Below the pieces are notes generated by a model. That model did not search any database. It saw only the letters and a list, made by a program, of their open reading frames with translations, and was not told the origin of the DNA. A stretch of 64,000 bases of DNA from assembly GCA_032161105.1 (NCBI GenBank), contig JAVHTD010000003.1. One strand, given 5' to 3'. A program made the position numbers and the translations under genes. The stretch comes from Candidatus Thermosaccharophagus tengchongensis (GTDB lineage Bacteria; Armatimonadota; Fervidibacteria; Fervidibacterales; Thermosaccharophagaceae). Numbering within the stretch: the first letter of the stretch is position 1; each line of letters starts with the position of its first letter. Positions 48,426 through 58,694 of the stretch are shown here, in pieces.

Positions 48426-49274
48426 TTAATTTGACGCAGATGTCCGTTTCACTCCAACCTCGTCCAACCAACTTAAGACTTTGGACTTCGCTATCGCCTC
48501 CGTCAATGAGCGTCTCTCCGCATAGGCATGTAGTCCAATCCAAAGCACCAACACGGATAACTGAAATCCAAATGGTGTTGCCATCCAGATGAAGCTCCCG
48601 AGCGTCGCCCCAAGAAAGTTTGCACCGGCGTCACCGAGCATGGCACGACATGAAAAGTCATAAGGGGCATAGGGCAAGGTTGAGACCATGAGCATGGCAA
48701 TTGTGAACCGTTCATTGCCGTGCGCCACAACGATGGAACACGCACATAAAGCCCAAAACACCTTCAGCGCGCGTGAGGGGCGTTTGTCAAGCAAGTTAAT
48801 TCCGTTAGCCGACAGGCAGATGAGCATAACGCCAAGCAGCCAATTGGGCAACAGCTTGGCATCGCCTTTGGCTTGCCAGAGAATAATTGCAGTCGCCCCG
48901 ATGATGCCCCCGATGGCTTTGATCAACCCAGTTGTTACGCGGCGGTGATAAAGCAGTGCGCGAATGTGCCCACCAAGACCACGCCACAACCCATCTCCAT
49001 AAAAGTCATCAACCAATCCGATTGACAGAAACCAAGTTCCCACAAGCACCATGAGCGAGCATACGCTTGCGAGGTTGACGAAGAAGGGGCAAGCAACTGC
49101 GAGCTGCAACGCAAACGATGCGCATATGGCGATACCGCCGGAAGTGGTCACAAGTTGTCCGCGAAAATTCAGCCTCAACAAATCATCGCACCGCATCAGT
49201 GCGAGCATTCCCAAAGGGACAACCGCAAACGGGAACAGGATGACCATAGGAATGATTGACCACAAACCCATCAC
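48426..49274 (-). CDS. MraY/WecA-like (glycosyltransferase family 4) membrane protein
   Basis: GLVDD, GLGGH, TTGLIK, NGINLLDKRPSRA, MLGDAGAN motifs. Confidence 0.8.
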   Translation of the reverse strand: MMGLWSIIPMVILFPFAVVPLGMLALMRCDDLLRLNFRGQLVTTSGGIAICASFALQLAVACPFFVNLASVCSLMVLVGTWFLSIGLVDDFYGDGLWRGLGGHIRALLYHRRVTTGLIKAIGGIIGATAIILWQAKGDAKLLPNWLLGVMLICLSANGINLLDKRPSRALKVFWALCACSIVVAHGNERFTIAMLMVSTLPYAPYDFSCRAMLGDAGANFLGATLGSFIWMATPFGFQLSVLVLWIGLHAYAERRSLTEAIAKSKVLSWLDEVGVKRTSASN

Positions 49275-49297
49275 AGCAAAGCCACCATTTAAGCCAT

Positions 49298-50041
49298 TTA
49301 AGCATTGCCCTTATCCCTGCGCATCGTCTTCAAGGCTGAGCTAAGTTTTAATGAGATGAGCCTTGGCAGCGCCGCTCTAAGTATGTCCACCAACTGCCTC
49401 CCCCTATGGATAAACCCCCTAATGGTGCGCCCGGTATGGCGGTGCTCAAACTTGATTGGGATTTCAACAATGCGCGCGCCTTGTGAAAGCGCATCAATCG
49501 TCAACCCCACCTCCACACCAAATCCGTGTGCGAGCCGGCCAATGCGTTCAATCAACTTGCGGCGCACAGCGCGCTGCCCGCTGAGCGGCGCCTTAGGAAC
49601 AAACCCTCCAGAGAGCGCTATGGCAAGCCTCGCAATAGCCTTCGCTAACCCAAAACCACCGAGGTTGCCACTTGGCGGAGGGGCAGCAATAGCCATATCA
49701 ATATCGCCATCAACAACAGTCCGTATGAGCGGTTCAAGGCTGATGGCACTCTCGCCAAGATCAGCATCAACGAATAAAAGCACATCGCCTTTAGATGCAC
49801 TTATGCCCTTCATGAGAGCCATCCCTTTGCCGCTGTTGCTCTTCAGCCTGATAACAGCGGATGCTCCGCAGCTTAGAGCAATCTTGGCGGTGTCATCAAT
49901 TGAACCATCGTCAACAACGACAACTTCAATGACATGCGGCAGCCGCCACGCAGCCATAATCGTAGAGCCAATCCTATCAGCTTCATTGTATGCGGGTATG
50001 ATGACTGAAACACACCTGCAAGAGCCGGAGCGCTCGCTCAT
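49298..50041 (-). CDS. Glycosyltransferase family 2
   Basis: IIPAYNE, VDDGSID, GKG, DAD, LSGQR, FGVE. Confidence 0.9.
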   Translation of the reverse strand: MSERSGSCRCVSVIIPAYNEADRIGSTIMAAWRLPHVIEVVVVDDGSIDDTAKIALSCGASAVIRLKSNSGKGMALMKGISASKGDVLLFVDADLGESAISLEPLIRTVVDGDIDMAIAAPPPSGNLGGFGLAKAIARLAIALSGGFVPKAPLSGQRAVRRKLIERIGRLAHGFGVEVGLTIDALSQGARIVEIPIKFEHRHTGRTIRGFIHRGRQLVDILRAALPRLISLKLSSALKTMRRDKGNA

Positions 50042-50068
50042 GAGCGTTTGCCACGCTCTCTCATCGCC

Positions 50069-51037
50069 CTACCGTGTTGACCTAATTGTGCCGCCAATGC
50101 CCTTGGCATTCAACTGGAGATTGGGGAAGCGTTCCCTTGCCGTCTCCTTCCAGCCGTAATTACCTTCGTGCCCGGCAAGAGCGTAAGCAATGCAAATTTG
50201 CCCAATGGCTGATTCGGCATTGTCAACCGTAGGCACACCAATATAGCGGCACGCCGGAACAATTGACCTCTCAACTTCCGATGTCTCGCATATCACGATC
50301 TTCGCCCCAAACGGCTTCAGCGCCTTTATGAGCTCTAAATCCACCGCCTCAAACTCATCTTCATCTCTGGCTGCCTTGATGCCGCTGATAAGTATCACAG
50401 CACCAACCGGGTGAGAGTAATCCCCAGATAGCGTCACCCAACCACCATGTGCGAACTTTTTGAGTTGGTCATCCTGATCGCCAAACTTGATGAGCCAAGC
50501 AAGCTTTGCAATCAATGCCCTTCGGTATGCCGAGCGCAAATCGTGCGCATCCTTTGCGACCGGTTGCACCGAGAGGTTACCCGCCAGCCTCACAATGGCA
50601 TCTTCTGGCATGGTGAACACCGTTCTATGAACTTTCGTCACAGACCGAACAACACCGCCGGCTGCCCTCAGCACAAGCTCAAGATCCTTTAGGAATGCCG
50701 CATCGCCTTCCGGAGCTGTCACAATGATGGCTATGTTGCGATACTGCAATACATTGCGAAGGAGCAACGGTGCGGCAGAATGCAAAAACTGTTCATGCCA
50801 CGCCACCCTTTGCTTCACCTCAGCCAACTTTGATTGCAGTGAGCGCATGGCTTGCTCCTTCTCACGCAGCTGCTTGTTAACCTCTTCACGATACTGACGA
50901 AGTTGCTTTTCAATATGCGCAGCGAGCTTCTCAACTGCCGGCTGACGGCTTAGCCCAATTCCAACAAGCAAACCGATGAGGAAGAAAACGAGGACAGCAA
51001 CAAGCGATGCGTAGTAAAAACGCACATCCATTCCCAT
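50069..51037 (-). CDS. steB: SteB / MctB-like (DUF3186) protein
   Basis: N-terminal SLVAVL..LIGLLVG TM helix, coiled coil, TVDN...G...YG.K C-terminus. Directly downstream of steA. Confidence 0.75.
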   Translation of the reverse strand: MGMDVRFYYASLVAVLVFFLIGLLVGIGLSRQPAVEKLAAHIEKQLRQYREEVNKQLREKEQAMRSLQSKLAEVKQRVAWHEQFLHSAAPLLLRNVLQYRNIAIIVTAPEGDAAFLKDLELVLRAAGGVVRSVTKVHRTVFTMPEDAIVRLAGNLSVQPVAKDAHDLRSAYRRALIAKLAWLIKFGDQDDQLKKFAHGGWVTLSGDYSHPVGAVILISGIKAARDEDEFEAVDLELIKALKPFGAKIVICETSEVERSIVPACRYIGVPTVDNAESAIGQICIAYALAGHEGNYGWKETARERFPNLQLNAKGIGGTIRSTR

Positions 51038-51122
51038 GGCTCGTTCACCAACTGTCAGCTCAAGGAACACATTGTGAATCAGCGCCGCGTAGCGCCGTTT
51101 GCCGCCCCTAACCGAAGCGCAA

Positions 51123-52274
51123 TTAGAACACCAACTTGAAAAGCCTTTCCAACTGCACGATTGCCCAAAGGGCGATCGCTCTCAGGAAGCCCATTGTGTA
51201 TGGCGATGATTTTGCGATGACAAATGCAGACGCTGCGCCGAGCCCTAAAAGCGCGGCTATGTGCCATAGCTTCAATCCGCCGGAATAAAGCTGGCTGACA
51301 CCTTTCGCATCCACAAGCAAATGTCCGAGGCGCAAGCGCGTGAGGAATGTGCTTGCCATCCCCTTGCGTCCCTTCTCAAGGAACTCAATGAAACTCGTGT
51401 GCGTTCCGACCGCTATGATAAGGCTCGCACCACATGCATAAGCGAGGAGCATAGCCGCATCTTCGCTCGTCCCACGCACCGAAAATGTGACAGCTTCAAA
51501 GCCCAACCTCCTCACCCTTTCAAGCCCGGGCGCCTCACCGTCAACATACGCATGCACAACGATGTCGGTGGCACGCCTAAGTGCCTCCTCGGAGACACTG
51601 TCCATGTCACCAAAAACTATGTCGGGCTTCAATCCGAACTCAAGAATGGCATCAGCGCCACCATTAACACCGATGAGCACGGGATGCTCACTGCGCACAT
51701 ATGGCATGATAGCCCTAAGGTCTTCCTTATACCCGCGCCCGCGGGTCACGATGAGCGCATGTCTGCCATGCAGCTTCGTCTTTAGCTTCGGTGGCATTAT
51801 GCTCCCGGAAAGCAACTCGCTCCCCTCTCGCTGAATGTAATCAAGCGTGTTCCTGACAAACGCCTCAACAACCTCGCTGACGCGCCTTGAGAAGGCTTCT
51901 TTGCGGCGCTCAAGTTCATCAGCTGTGAGCGGCTTGCCGCGAAGCACGACATCGTCAAATTTGAGCTCGCCATATGGGATATTGACCTCCACCACTTCAC
52001 CATCACGCAGCAGCTCAAAAGCCCTTTTGTCCATCTCGTCAATGATCGGTATGTTGTGTGAGAGGAGGAGCTCAGCACCGCTGGGGGGCAAATTGCCAGT
52101 GGCTGAGCTTGAGATGTTTATCACAGCTGATGCTCCGACCTCAATCAAGCTATAGGCTGCGATCAAATCAATGTCCTCATGATCAATGAGCGCAATTTCG
52201 CCCCTCCTCAATCTCTTCACGAGCCTTTTGGTGAGCCTGTCCATGCGCACAGGTGCCCGTATAATGCCTTTCAT
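51123..52274 (-). CDS. steA: SteA-like cytokinetic ring protein (thiamine pyrophosphokinase-like domain)
   Basis: TKRLVKRL..GEIALIDHEDID, F..NT, RG..YKEDL, PVLIGV.GGADA, GDMDSVS, VHAY, FLEKGRKGMASTFLTRL, LVDAKGVSQLY, C-terminal TM helix. Confidence 0.85.
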   Translation of the reverse strand: MKGIIRAPVRMDRLTKRLVKRLRRGEIALIDHEDIDLIAAYSLIEVGASAVINISSSATGNLPPSGAELLLSHNIPIIDEMDKRAFELLRDGEVVEVNIPYGELKFDDVVLRGKPLTADELERRKEAFSRRVSEVVEAFVRNTLDYIQREGSELLSGSIMPPKLKTKLHGRHALIVTRGRGYKEDLRAIMPYVRSEHPVLIGVNGGADAILEFGLKPDIVFGDMDSVSEEALRRATDIVVHAYVDGEAPGLERVRRLGFEAVTFSVRGTSEDAAMLLAYACGASLIIAVGTHTSFIEFLEKGRKGMASTFLTRLRLGHLLVDAKGVSQLYSGGLKLWHIAALLGLGAASAFVIAKSSPYTMGFLRAIALWAIVQLERLFKLVF

Positions 52275-52332
52275 GCCCTTCACCGCAGCGCTGCACAAAG
52301 AGCATGTTCCAGCTTGCCGCACATGTCAGAGG

Positions 52333-54045
52333 CTAAGCAGCTTGCCTGGTCAACATCTCAGCGGCTTGCTTTAAGGTCGTCTCGGTTATCCTCGTTCCGG
52401 CGAGCATCCTCGCTATCTCAGCAACGCGCTCATCAAACGAAAGGTGATGGGCTCGTATTAGTGTCCGACCGCGCTCTGTCACTTTCCTAACGCTGATGTG
52501 GGTATCAGCCATGCAGGCAATTTGCGGCAGATGAGTGACGCATATCACCTGAGCGAATTTGGAAACGCCCTTCAGCTTCATGCCGACTGCCTCGGCGGTT
52601 CTACCGCCTATCCCAACATCAATTTCGTCGAAGATGAGCGTTGGTATCTCGTGCGCTGAGCGCAGGATAGCCCTCAAGGCGAGCATCACGCGTGATATCT
52701 CACCGCCGGAGGCTATTTTTGCGAGCGGCTTTAACGGCTCACCCTCATTGGGCGAAATCAAAAATTCAACTCGGTCAATGCCATCCCTGTCAAAGGCATA
52801 CTTCTCGCCATCAACCGAGAGACCGTCTTCATCCACTTCCCTGACTATGGACACCTTAAACCGAGCCTTGTCCATCATGAGCGAACGCAGTTGCTCTTCC
52901 ATCGCCATCTCCATTTCCTTAGCGGCTTCACACCTTGCCCTTGAAAGCTCACCGGCAACCTGCGATAGCCTTTGCCTCAACTCAACTGAGCGCCTTTCAA
53001 GCTCTTCAAGGCGCTCCTCATGCGATTCAAGCAAGCTCAACTCCGCCTCAATTCGCTGTCTGTAGGAGAGCACCTCTTCAATGCTGTCGCCATACTTGCG
53101 CTTTAATGCGCTTATGAGTGCGAGCCTGCTCTCAATCGCCTCAAGCCTCATCGGGTTAAACTCAAGCCCAGATGCATATTCATCAATCTGCTCAGCCACA
53201 TCCTCAAGCGAGTAAATAGCCTGCTCAATTTGCTCCGAGTGCTCACTCAATCTCCTGTCCCACTGAGATGCCCTCCTCAACTCAACCAAAACCGCTGAAA
53301 GGAGTGGAATTGCACCCTCAACATCCTCCTCGCCACGCAGGCATTTGCGCATCCTCCCGATCGCCTCTAAGAGCTTCTCGGAGTGTAAAAGCCTTTGCCG
53401 CTCCGCTTTGAGTTCTTCCTCCTCGCCGGGGACGAGTTTTGCGGCATCAATCTCACGCGCCTGATAGCGAAGCAGGTCTATGCGCCTTTCACGCTCACGC
53501 TCGCTGCTCATCATCTTGCGCTTAAGCCCTTCAACCTCTTTGAGGGAATCGTAGAGAGAGCGATACTCCTCAATCAAGCCCCACAATCGCTCACCGCCAT
53601 ACCTGTCAAGGTAAGCGAGATGAGTTTCCGGGCGTAGCAAAGACTGATGCTCATGTTGTCCATGTATGTCAACGAGCAATTCACCGATGCGCTTTAGCAT
53701 CTTCAAGCCAACCGGACGCCCATTGATGAAACATTTCGTCCTCCCGATGCGCTCCAGAACTCTGCAAACGATGAGTTCACTTGTCTCATCACAGCCGAAT
53801 TCATTCAAAGCCCTCCGTATGGCTTCGTGCCCATGCAGCTGAAACACAGCCTCAACAATTGCGGTATCAGCTCCGGTGCGTATCTGCTCAACATCGGCGC
53901 GCTCGCCAACCGCAAGCGATATGGCGTTTATGAGGATTGACTTACCAGCGCCCGTCTCGCCTGTGAGGACATTCAATCCGGGACCCAACTCAAGCTCAAG
54001 CTCATCAATCAAAGCGAGGTTTTTGACCCTGAGCAGCTTCAGCAT
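52333..54045 (-). CDS. recN: DNA repair protein RecN
   Basis: TGETGAGKS, HGQHEHQ, coiled coil, ASGGEISR, FDEID, THLPQ. Confidence 0.97.
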   Translation of the reverse strand: MLKLLRVKNLALIDELELELGPGLNVLTGETGAGKSILINAISLAVGERADVEQIRTGADTAIVEAVFQLHGHEAIRRALNEFGCDETSELIVCRVLERIGRTKCFINGRPVGLKMLKRIGELLVDIHGQHEHQSLLRPETHLAYLDRYGGERLWGLIEEYRSLYDSLKEVEGLKRKMMSSERERERRIDLLRYQAREIDAAKLVPGEEEELKAERQRLLHSEKLLEAIGRMRKCLRGEEDVEGAIPLLSAVLVELRRASQWDRRLSEHSEQIEQAIYSLEDVAEQIDEYASGLEFNPMRLEAIESRLALISALKRKYGDSIEEVLSYRQRIEAELSLLESHEERLEELERRSVELRQRLSQVAGELSRARCEAAKEMEMAMEEQLRSLMMDKARFKVSIVREVDEDGLSVDGEKYAFDRDGIDRVEFLISPNEGEPLKPLAKIASGGEISRVMLALRAILRSAHEIPTLIFDEIDVGIGGRTAEAVGMKLKGVSKFAQVICVTHLPQIACMADTHISVRKVTERGRTLIRAHHLSFDERVAEIARMLAGTRITETTLKQAAEMLTRQAA

Positions 54046-54060
54046 CGCAGTTCGCCTTCC

Positions 54061-54978
54061 TTAAGCCACACCGCCGCGCTGCTTGATTATCGGCTCTTCC
54101 TTGTAGCCCCACTTAAGCTTTTGGCGTAGCCTCCCAAGAAAATCAAACTTGCGTAACCTGACCAAGTTCGCCTTATACTCGGATGCCTTCACATACACCT
54201 CATCGTCCTTGAGCAACTTCAAAGTCAACTGCCCGTCAACCATGACGGTGACATCCATCGGCATCGCTTTCATTTCGGATATCCTGATTGAGACCTCCAC
54301 CGACTGGGATGTGACAACCGGTCTGACATGGAGGGAATGAGCGCAGATTGGGTTTATGATGAACACATCTGCATCCGGAGTGACTATTGGTCCGCCGGCT
54401 GAGAGCGAGTATGCAGTTGACCCAGTCGGCGTGGCTACGATTACGCCATCAGCAAGCTCAGCCATCAAAAGCTCACCGTTGATTCGCACCTCAAACATCG
54501 GGACTTGCGACAGCGCCCCCCTTGAAACGACGACATCGTTCAAGCCATAATTGAGCCACACCGTTTGCCCTTCCCTGTGAACGACCGCCTGAAACAGCCT
54601 CCGAGATTCAATCAGATGCTCCCCATTGAGTATCATCTCAAGTGCCCATTCCACATCTTGCCAATCAACCTCGCTCAGAAAGCCGAGCCCGCCAACTCTC
54701 ACCCCGAATATTGGCGTCCCATGCTTTGCAGCCATGCGCACCGCACTCAAAATGCACCCATCGCCGCCAAGCGCAAATATCATGTCAGACGAAGCTATGT
54801 CATCCTGGTGGGCAGAGCATGAGTGCTTGCCAACAAGCTCGGCACACTCGCTTGTGAGGAGCATATTGATTCCCCTTTCATCAAGCGCCGCAACAACGCT
54901 GCGTAAGGCAATCTCAATACTCGGCTTGTGCAAAGCAGCCACAATCCCAATGACGCGCACATCACCTTTCGGCTTCAT
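54061..54978 (-). CDS. nadK: NAD(+) kinase
   Basis: GGDG, GLGFL, LND, DGVIVATPTGSTAYSLSAGGP. Confidence 0.93.
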   Translation of the reverse strand: MKPKGDVRVIGIVAALHKPSIEIALRSVVAALDERGINMLLTSECAELVGKHSCSAHQDDIASSDMIFALGGDGCILSAVRMAAKHGTPIFGVRVGGLGFLSEVDWQDVEWALEMILNGEHLIESRRLFQAVVHREGQTVWLNYGLNDVVVSRGALSQVPMFEVRINGELLMAELADGVIVATPTGSTAYSLSAGGPIVTPDADVFIINPICAHSLHVRPVVTSQSVEVSIRISEMKAMPMDVTVMVDGQLTLKLLKDDEVYVKASEYKANLVRLRKFDFLGRLRQKLKWGYKEEPIIKQRGGVA

Positions 54979-55191
54979 GCAACTTCGCCTCACAAAGCGT
55001 GCTTTGACAGATTGCACCCAATGTCAAAGGTAACGCGCTTAAGCCCCTTTTAGGAAGGGAAGGCACACAGCTGAATGTGAGGGTGGTTCACAACCCGCAA
55101 TGCGGCATCACTAAGAGGGCATCCAATCTCGCCTCTGCGGAGAGCAGCTGCTACCACACGAAATTCATCCACCGATGGTGCTGGATTGGAG

Positions 55192-56859
55192 CTATTGAAC
55201 AGTCTTGAGGCGCTCCCTTAACCTCTTCAGGTTCTCTTCAGCTGGTTTATGCTTCGGGTCAACTTCAAGCGCCTTAAGATAGCACTTCTCGGCATCTTGC
55301 AACTTGCCCTGCCTCTCATACACTGCTCCCAAGCCATTCCACGCATCGGCGTTTTTTGGATCCAGCTCGGTGGCACGCCTGTATTCATCCAACGCAAGAC
55401 CCAAGTTGCCGCGGGTGTAATGGATGAAACCGAGCAAGACCCTCGCCGGCGCGTTCTTCGGATCTCTAACTGAGACCTCTTTACACAACTCCATTGCCTC
55501 ATCATACCGCTTAAGCTCAACGAGCACATCGGCGAGCTCCAATCTGGCTTCCAAGCTCTCCGGCTGCAGCTTCAGCACCTCATTCCATTCCGCTGCAGCC
55601 TTCTCAAAGTCGCCATTAGCCCTGTATGCGATCGCGAGGTTTTGGCGAGCCGTAATGAATGCCACATCTTCCTTCACAGCCCTTTGGAAGTATTGGATAG
55701 CCTCATTGCGTTTTCCGAGGAGGAAATAAATTCTGCCGATGTTGTTAAACAGCGCCGGCTGCGGCTTGAGAGCAGCTGCGAGCAAGTAGGAGTTGAGGGC
55801 TTTCTCCAAATCATTCTGACGCTCATACAACTCCGCCAAAGCAACATGCGCATCCCAACACTGCGGGTCAGCTTCCGCAGCTCGCTTGAAATAGTTTATA
55901 GCCTCAACCAACCTGCCCTTCTGCTCATATGCAAGTCCAAGCGCGTAGCTCACCTGAGACGAATTATCACCGAGCTTGACTGCCCTCTCAAGCACGGTTA
56001 TAGCCTCCGAGATTCGCCCCGCATTCAAGAGGGCAAGCCCGAGGTCTGAATGATACGATGCATTCTGCGGCGCAAGTCCCACTGCCTGTGCGTAGCTCTC
56101 TATCGCCTTATCCATCATCTTCAAGCGAGCGTAGCAGTGCCCCATGCTGCTGTGCAACTCAGATTGGTCGCAGCGCCTCATAGCCACAGCCCTGAAGCGC
56201 TCAATCGCCTGATCATACTTGCCAGCCGAAAGTATTGACAGGGCATCCTTCATCGCCGCCGCAATGTGCTTCTCTTCAACCTTCTGTCCGAGCTTTGCGG
56301 CGAATAGCTCAATCACCTTTTCATATGCCTCTATGGCTCGCATGTATAACTCCGCAGCCTCTTTCACCTTACCAGCGCCCTCCATCTGTGTCGCCTTAAG
56401 GAGGATGGCATTGCCAAGATTGAAATGGGCTTCGCTGAGCTTGCTGTTGAGCCTTGTAGCCTCAGTGTATGCGCCTATAGCCTCATCAAGCTTGCCCTTT
56501 GCTTGGAGTGCACAGCCCAAATTGTTCCATGCTACAGCGAGCACACTTGCGTCGCCCTTGAGCTTAACTGCCTTCTCAAAGTTGGCAATTGAATGGTCGT
56601 ATTGCTTCTTGTGGAGATAAATGAGCCCGATGTATGTGAGCGCCTCAACATCTTCGGGGTTAACTTCAACCACTGCCTGAAAGCCTTGCAATGCTCCGTC
56701 ATAGTCACCCTGCCGGAACTTCTCGCAGGCTTGATTGAATGTCTCAACCACATCTGCAGCTACGACTAAGCCCATACGGATGGCAACGACGGCGCAAATT
56801 ATGCAGATTGACAGCATCAGAATTGACACATTGGCAAAGCGAAGCAACCTCCCGTTCAT
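55192..56859 (-). CDS. Tetratricopeptide repeat protein (exported or membrane-anchored)
   Basis: N-terminal hydrophobic helix followed by more than 10 TPR units (AWNNLG, AHFNLG, AWNGLG). Confidence 0.9.
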   Translation of the reverse strand: MNGRLLRFANVSILMLSICIICAVVAIRMGLVVAADVVETFNQACEKFRQGDYDGALQGFQAVVEVNPEDVEALTYIGLIYLHKKQYDHSIANFEKAVKLKGDASVLAVAWNNLGCALQAKGKLDEAIGAYTEATRLNSKLSEAHFNLGNAILLKATQMEGAGKVKEAAELYMRAIEAYEKVIELFAAKLGQKVEEKHIAAAMKDALSILSAGKYDQAIERFRAVAMRRCDQSELHSSMGHCYARLKMMDKAIESYAQAVGLAPQNASYHSDLGLALLNAGRISEAITVLERAVKLGDNSSQVSYALGLAYEQKGRLVEAINYFKRAAEADPQCWDAHVALAELYERQNDLEKALNSYLLAAALKPQPALFNNIGRIYFLLGKRNEAIQYFQRAVKEDVAFITARQNLAIAYRANGDFEKAAAEWNEVLKLQPESLEARLELADVLVELKRYDEAMELCKEVSVRDPKNAPARVLLGFIHYTRGNLGLALDEYRRATELDPKNADAWNGLGAVYERQGKLQDAEKCYLKALEVDPKHKPAEENLKRLRERLKTVQ

Positions 56860-57003
56860 GCCTCACAACCCCCGCTCAATCAGTATTGGATATGCTGAGA
56901 GCACGCCGGCGCAATGGGACTACACCAAGCGATGCTGAATGCTAATTTTGCCGTCAGCGATTGATGAGCGCTATCCTCGCCTTTGAAGTGGCAAGCGCCC
57001 ATT

Positions 57004-57831
57004 TCAACGGAGCACAAATTTGTGGATTGCGTATGCGACGCCGTCGTCATCGGCGCTTGGGACAACCTCGTGTGCAACCCGTTTGACCTCCTCGGGGCTA
57101 TTCGCCATAGCCACCCTCAATCCGGCACATTGAAGCATGTCAATGTCGTTCAAGTTATCACCTATCGCCATCACTTGCTCCTTAGGTATAGCCAACCTTT
57201 CCAAAATAACCGTAAGCGCCTTACCCTTGCTCCCGTCCTTGTGATGGACCTCAACGACCCATCCGCCATATGCCACGCTATACGACGCGGTGATTGACAA
57301 TGCCTCACCAAACTCGCTCTTTAGCCGCCTTACGCAATTCAAAGCCACATCCTCATCCCCAATGGCTACAACTGTTGCCGGTTCAAATGGCATTGATTGA
57401 GTCAAATCATCAACCCACTCCAATCTGGCTATGTTGCGCTCAACATATGCCTCAGGTGGCGGTAGAATCCTTTCGGCGACCACGCAATCGCTCTCAATCC
57501 CGTCGGCCATCGCCACCGAACCCATGCCACAGCCCCTTATGACCGTTACCACCTTCTCCGCCAGCTCAACCGGTATGAGCACATGGTGCCAAACTGCACA
57601 GCTGCCCCAGTGCAACACAACTGCGCCACCAAACAAAATCACCGGTCCTGAAAGACCGAGCTCCTCCATCAAGTGGCGCATCGTATACCTGCTCCTTCCG
57701 GTTGCCGGAACGACCTCACATCCGAGCTCAATTGCCATCCTGATTGCGGATTTAACCCTTTCCGTAGGCACCTTACTGCTCCCTATGAGCGTCCCGTCAA
57801 CATCGGCTGCGATTAGCTTTATCTGCGGCAT
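57004..57831 (-). CDS. Cof-type HAD-IIB hydrolase
   Basis: DVDGTL, ATGR, SKG, GDNLND, AMAN, DGVA. Confidence 0.9.
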   Translation of the reverse strand: MPQIKLIAADVDGTLIGSSKVPTERVKSAIRMAIELGCEVVPATGRSRYTMRHLMEELGLSGPVILFGGAVVLHWGSCAVWHHVLIPVELAEKVVTVIRGCGMGSVAMADGIESDCVVAERILPPPEAYVERNIARLEWVDDLTQSMPFEPATVVAIGDEDVALNCVRRLKSEFGEALSITASYSVAYGGWVVEVHHKDGSKGKALTVILERLAIPKEQVMAIGDNLNDIDMLQCAGLRVAMANSPEEVKRVAHEVVPSADDDGVAYAIHKFVLR

Positions 57832-57892
57832 TGACAATGCGAGCACCCCATTGCGAGCGATTGGAGCCGTTTGCCTTTGCAAGGCTTATCGG

Positions 57893-58678
57893 TCATTGCT
57901 GTCCCTTGAGCTGCTCTTCAATGGCTTGCAAGTTAAAACCATACTTTGCACCGTGCTGCGAAATTACCCTTCGCACATACTGCAATCTTTCCCTCGGATG
58001 CGGATGCGTTCTGAGGAGGCGCGTGATTGCGCTATCCCGTGAGCCCTCCATCCTCAAAAACATGTTCAAGACCTTGAGAGCACCTATTGGGTTATAGCCA
58101 GCTTGCATCATGTAGATGACGCCATACTTGTCAGCTTCACGCTCATGTGAGCGTGAATAGCCTCTCTCATGCAGTGCCAGCGCCACTGAGACACCCATGC
58201 GCACGATCTCGCTGTCTGGCACAAAGACGCTCGCAGCAACCCCTAAGGCGAGCCTCTCGCTAATTTGCTTGCGCGCATGCTTCATAGCTATGTGCGCCAC
58301 TTCGTGACCCACAACATAAGCCAGCTCCTCATCTGTAGAGCACAAATCCATTAGCCTCTTGGTGACATACACGAATCCGCCCGGAAGCGAGACTGCGTTT
58401 ACCCATTCATCGTTGTTGAGCACCTTGAATGTGTAACTTACATCCCTGCGCGGGCACACTGAAGCAATCTTTGATCCAACACGCTGCAGCCTCTCAACAT
58501 GAACACCACTTACGAGGGCTCCACCATATTCACGCTCAACTTCAACCGCCGCCTGCTTCCCCACACGCACTTCAAGGTCTCTCGTCAACAAATCAATCCC
58601 AAATGCACCTTTTAATGCGCACAGGGTGAACAATGCCAAAATAGCAACTCCGATTTTGCATCGCACTAACATGCGCAT
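57893..58678 (-). CDS. M48 family zinc metallopeptidase
   Basis: NAVSLPGG, HEVAH, E.EAD, THP; signal peptide. Confidence 0.9.
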   Translation of the reverse strand: MRMLVRCKIGVAILALFTLCALKGAFGIDLLTRDLEVRVGKQAAVEVEREYGGALVSGVHVERLQRVGSKIASVCPRRDVSYTFKVLNNDEWVNAVSLPGGFVYVTKRLMDLCSTDEELAYVVGHEVAHIAMKHARKQISERLALGVAASVFVPDSEIVRMGVSVALALHERGYSRSHEREADKYGVIYMMQAGYNPIGALKVLNMFLRMEGSRDSAITRLLRTHPHPRERLQYVRRVISQHGAKYGFNLQAIEEQLKGQQ

Positions 58679-58694
58679 ACCACCTGCATATGAG

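Noticed and set aside
49305..50159. Long antisense ORFs (e.g. 49305..50159 +, 47796..48434 +, 43174..43812 -, 57431..58042 +)
   Set aside because: They lie opposite well-supported genes, have Ser/Pro/Thr-rich shadow composition and show no motifs.
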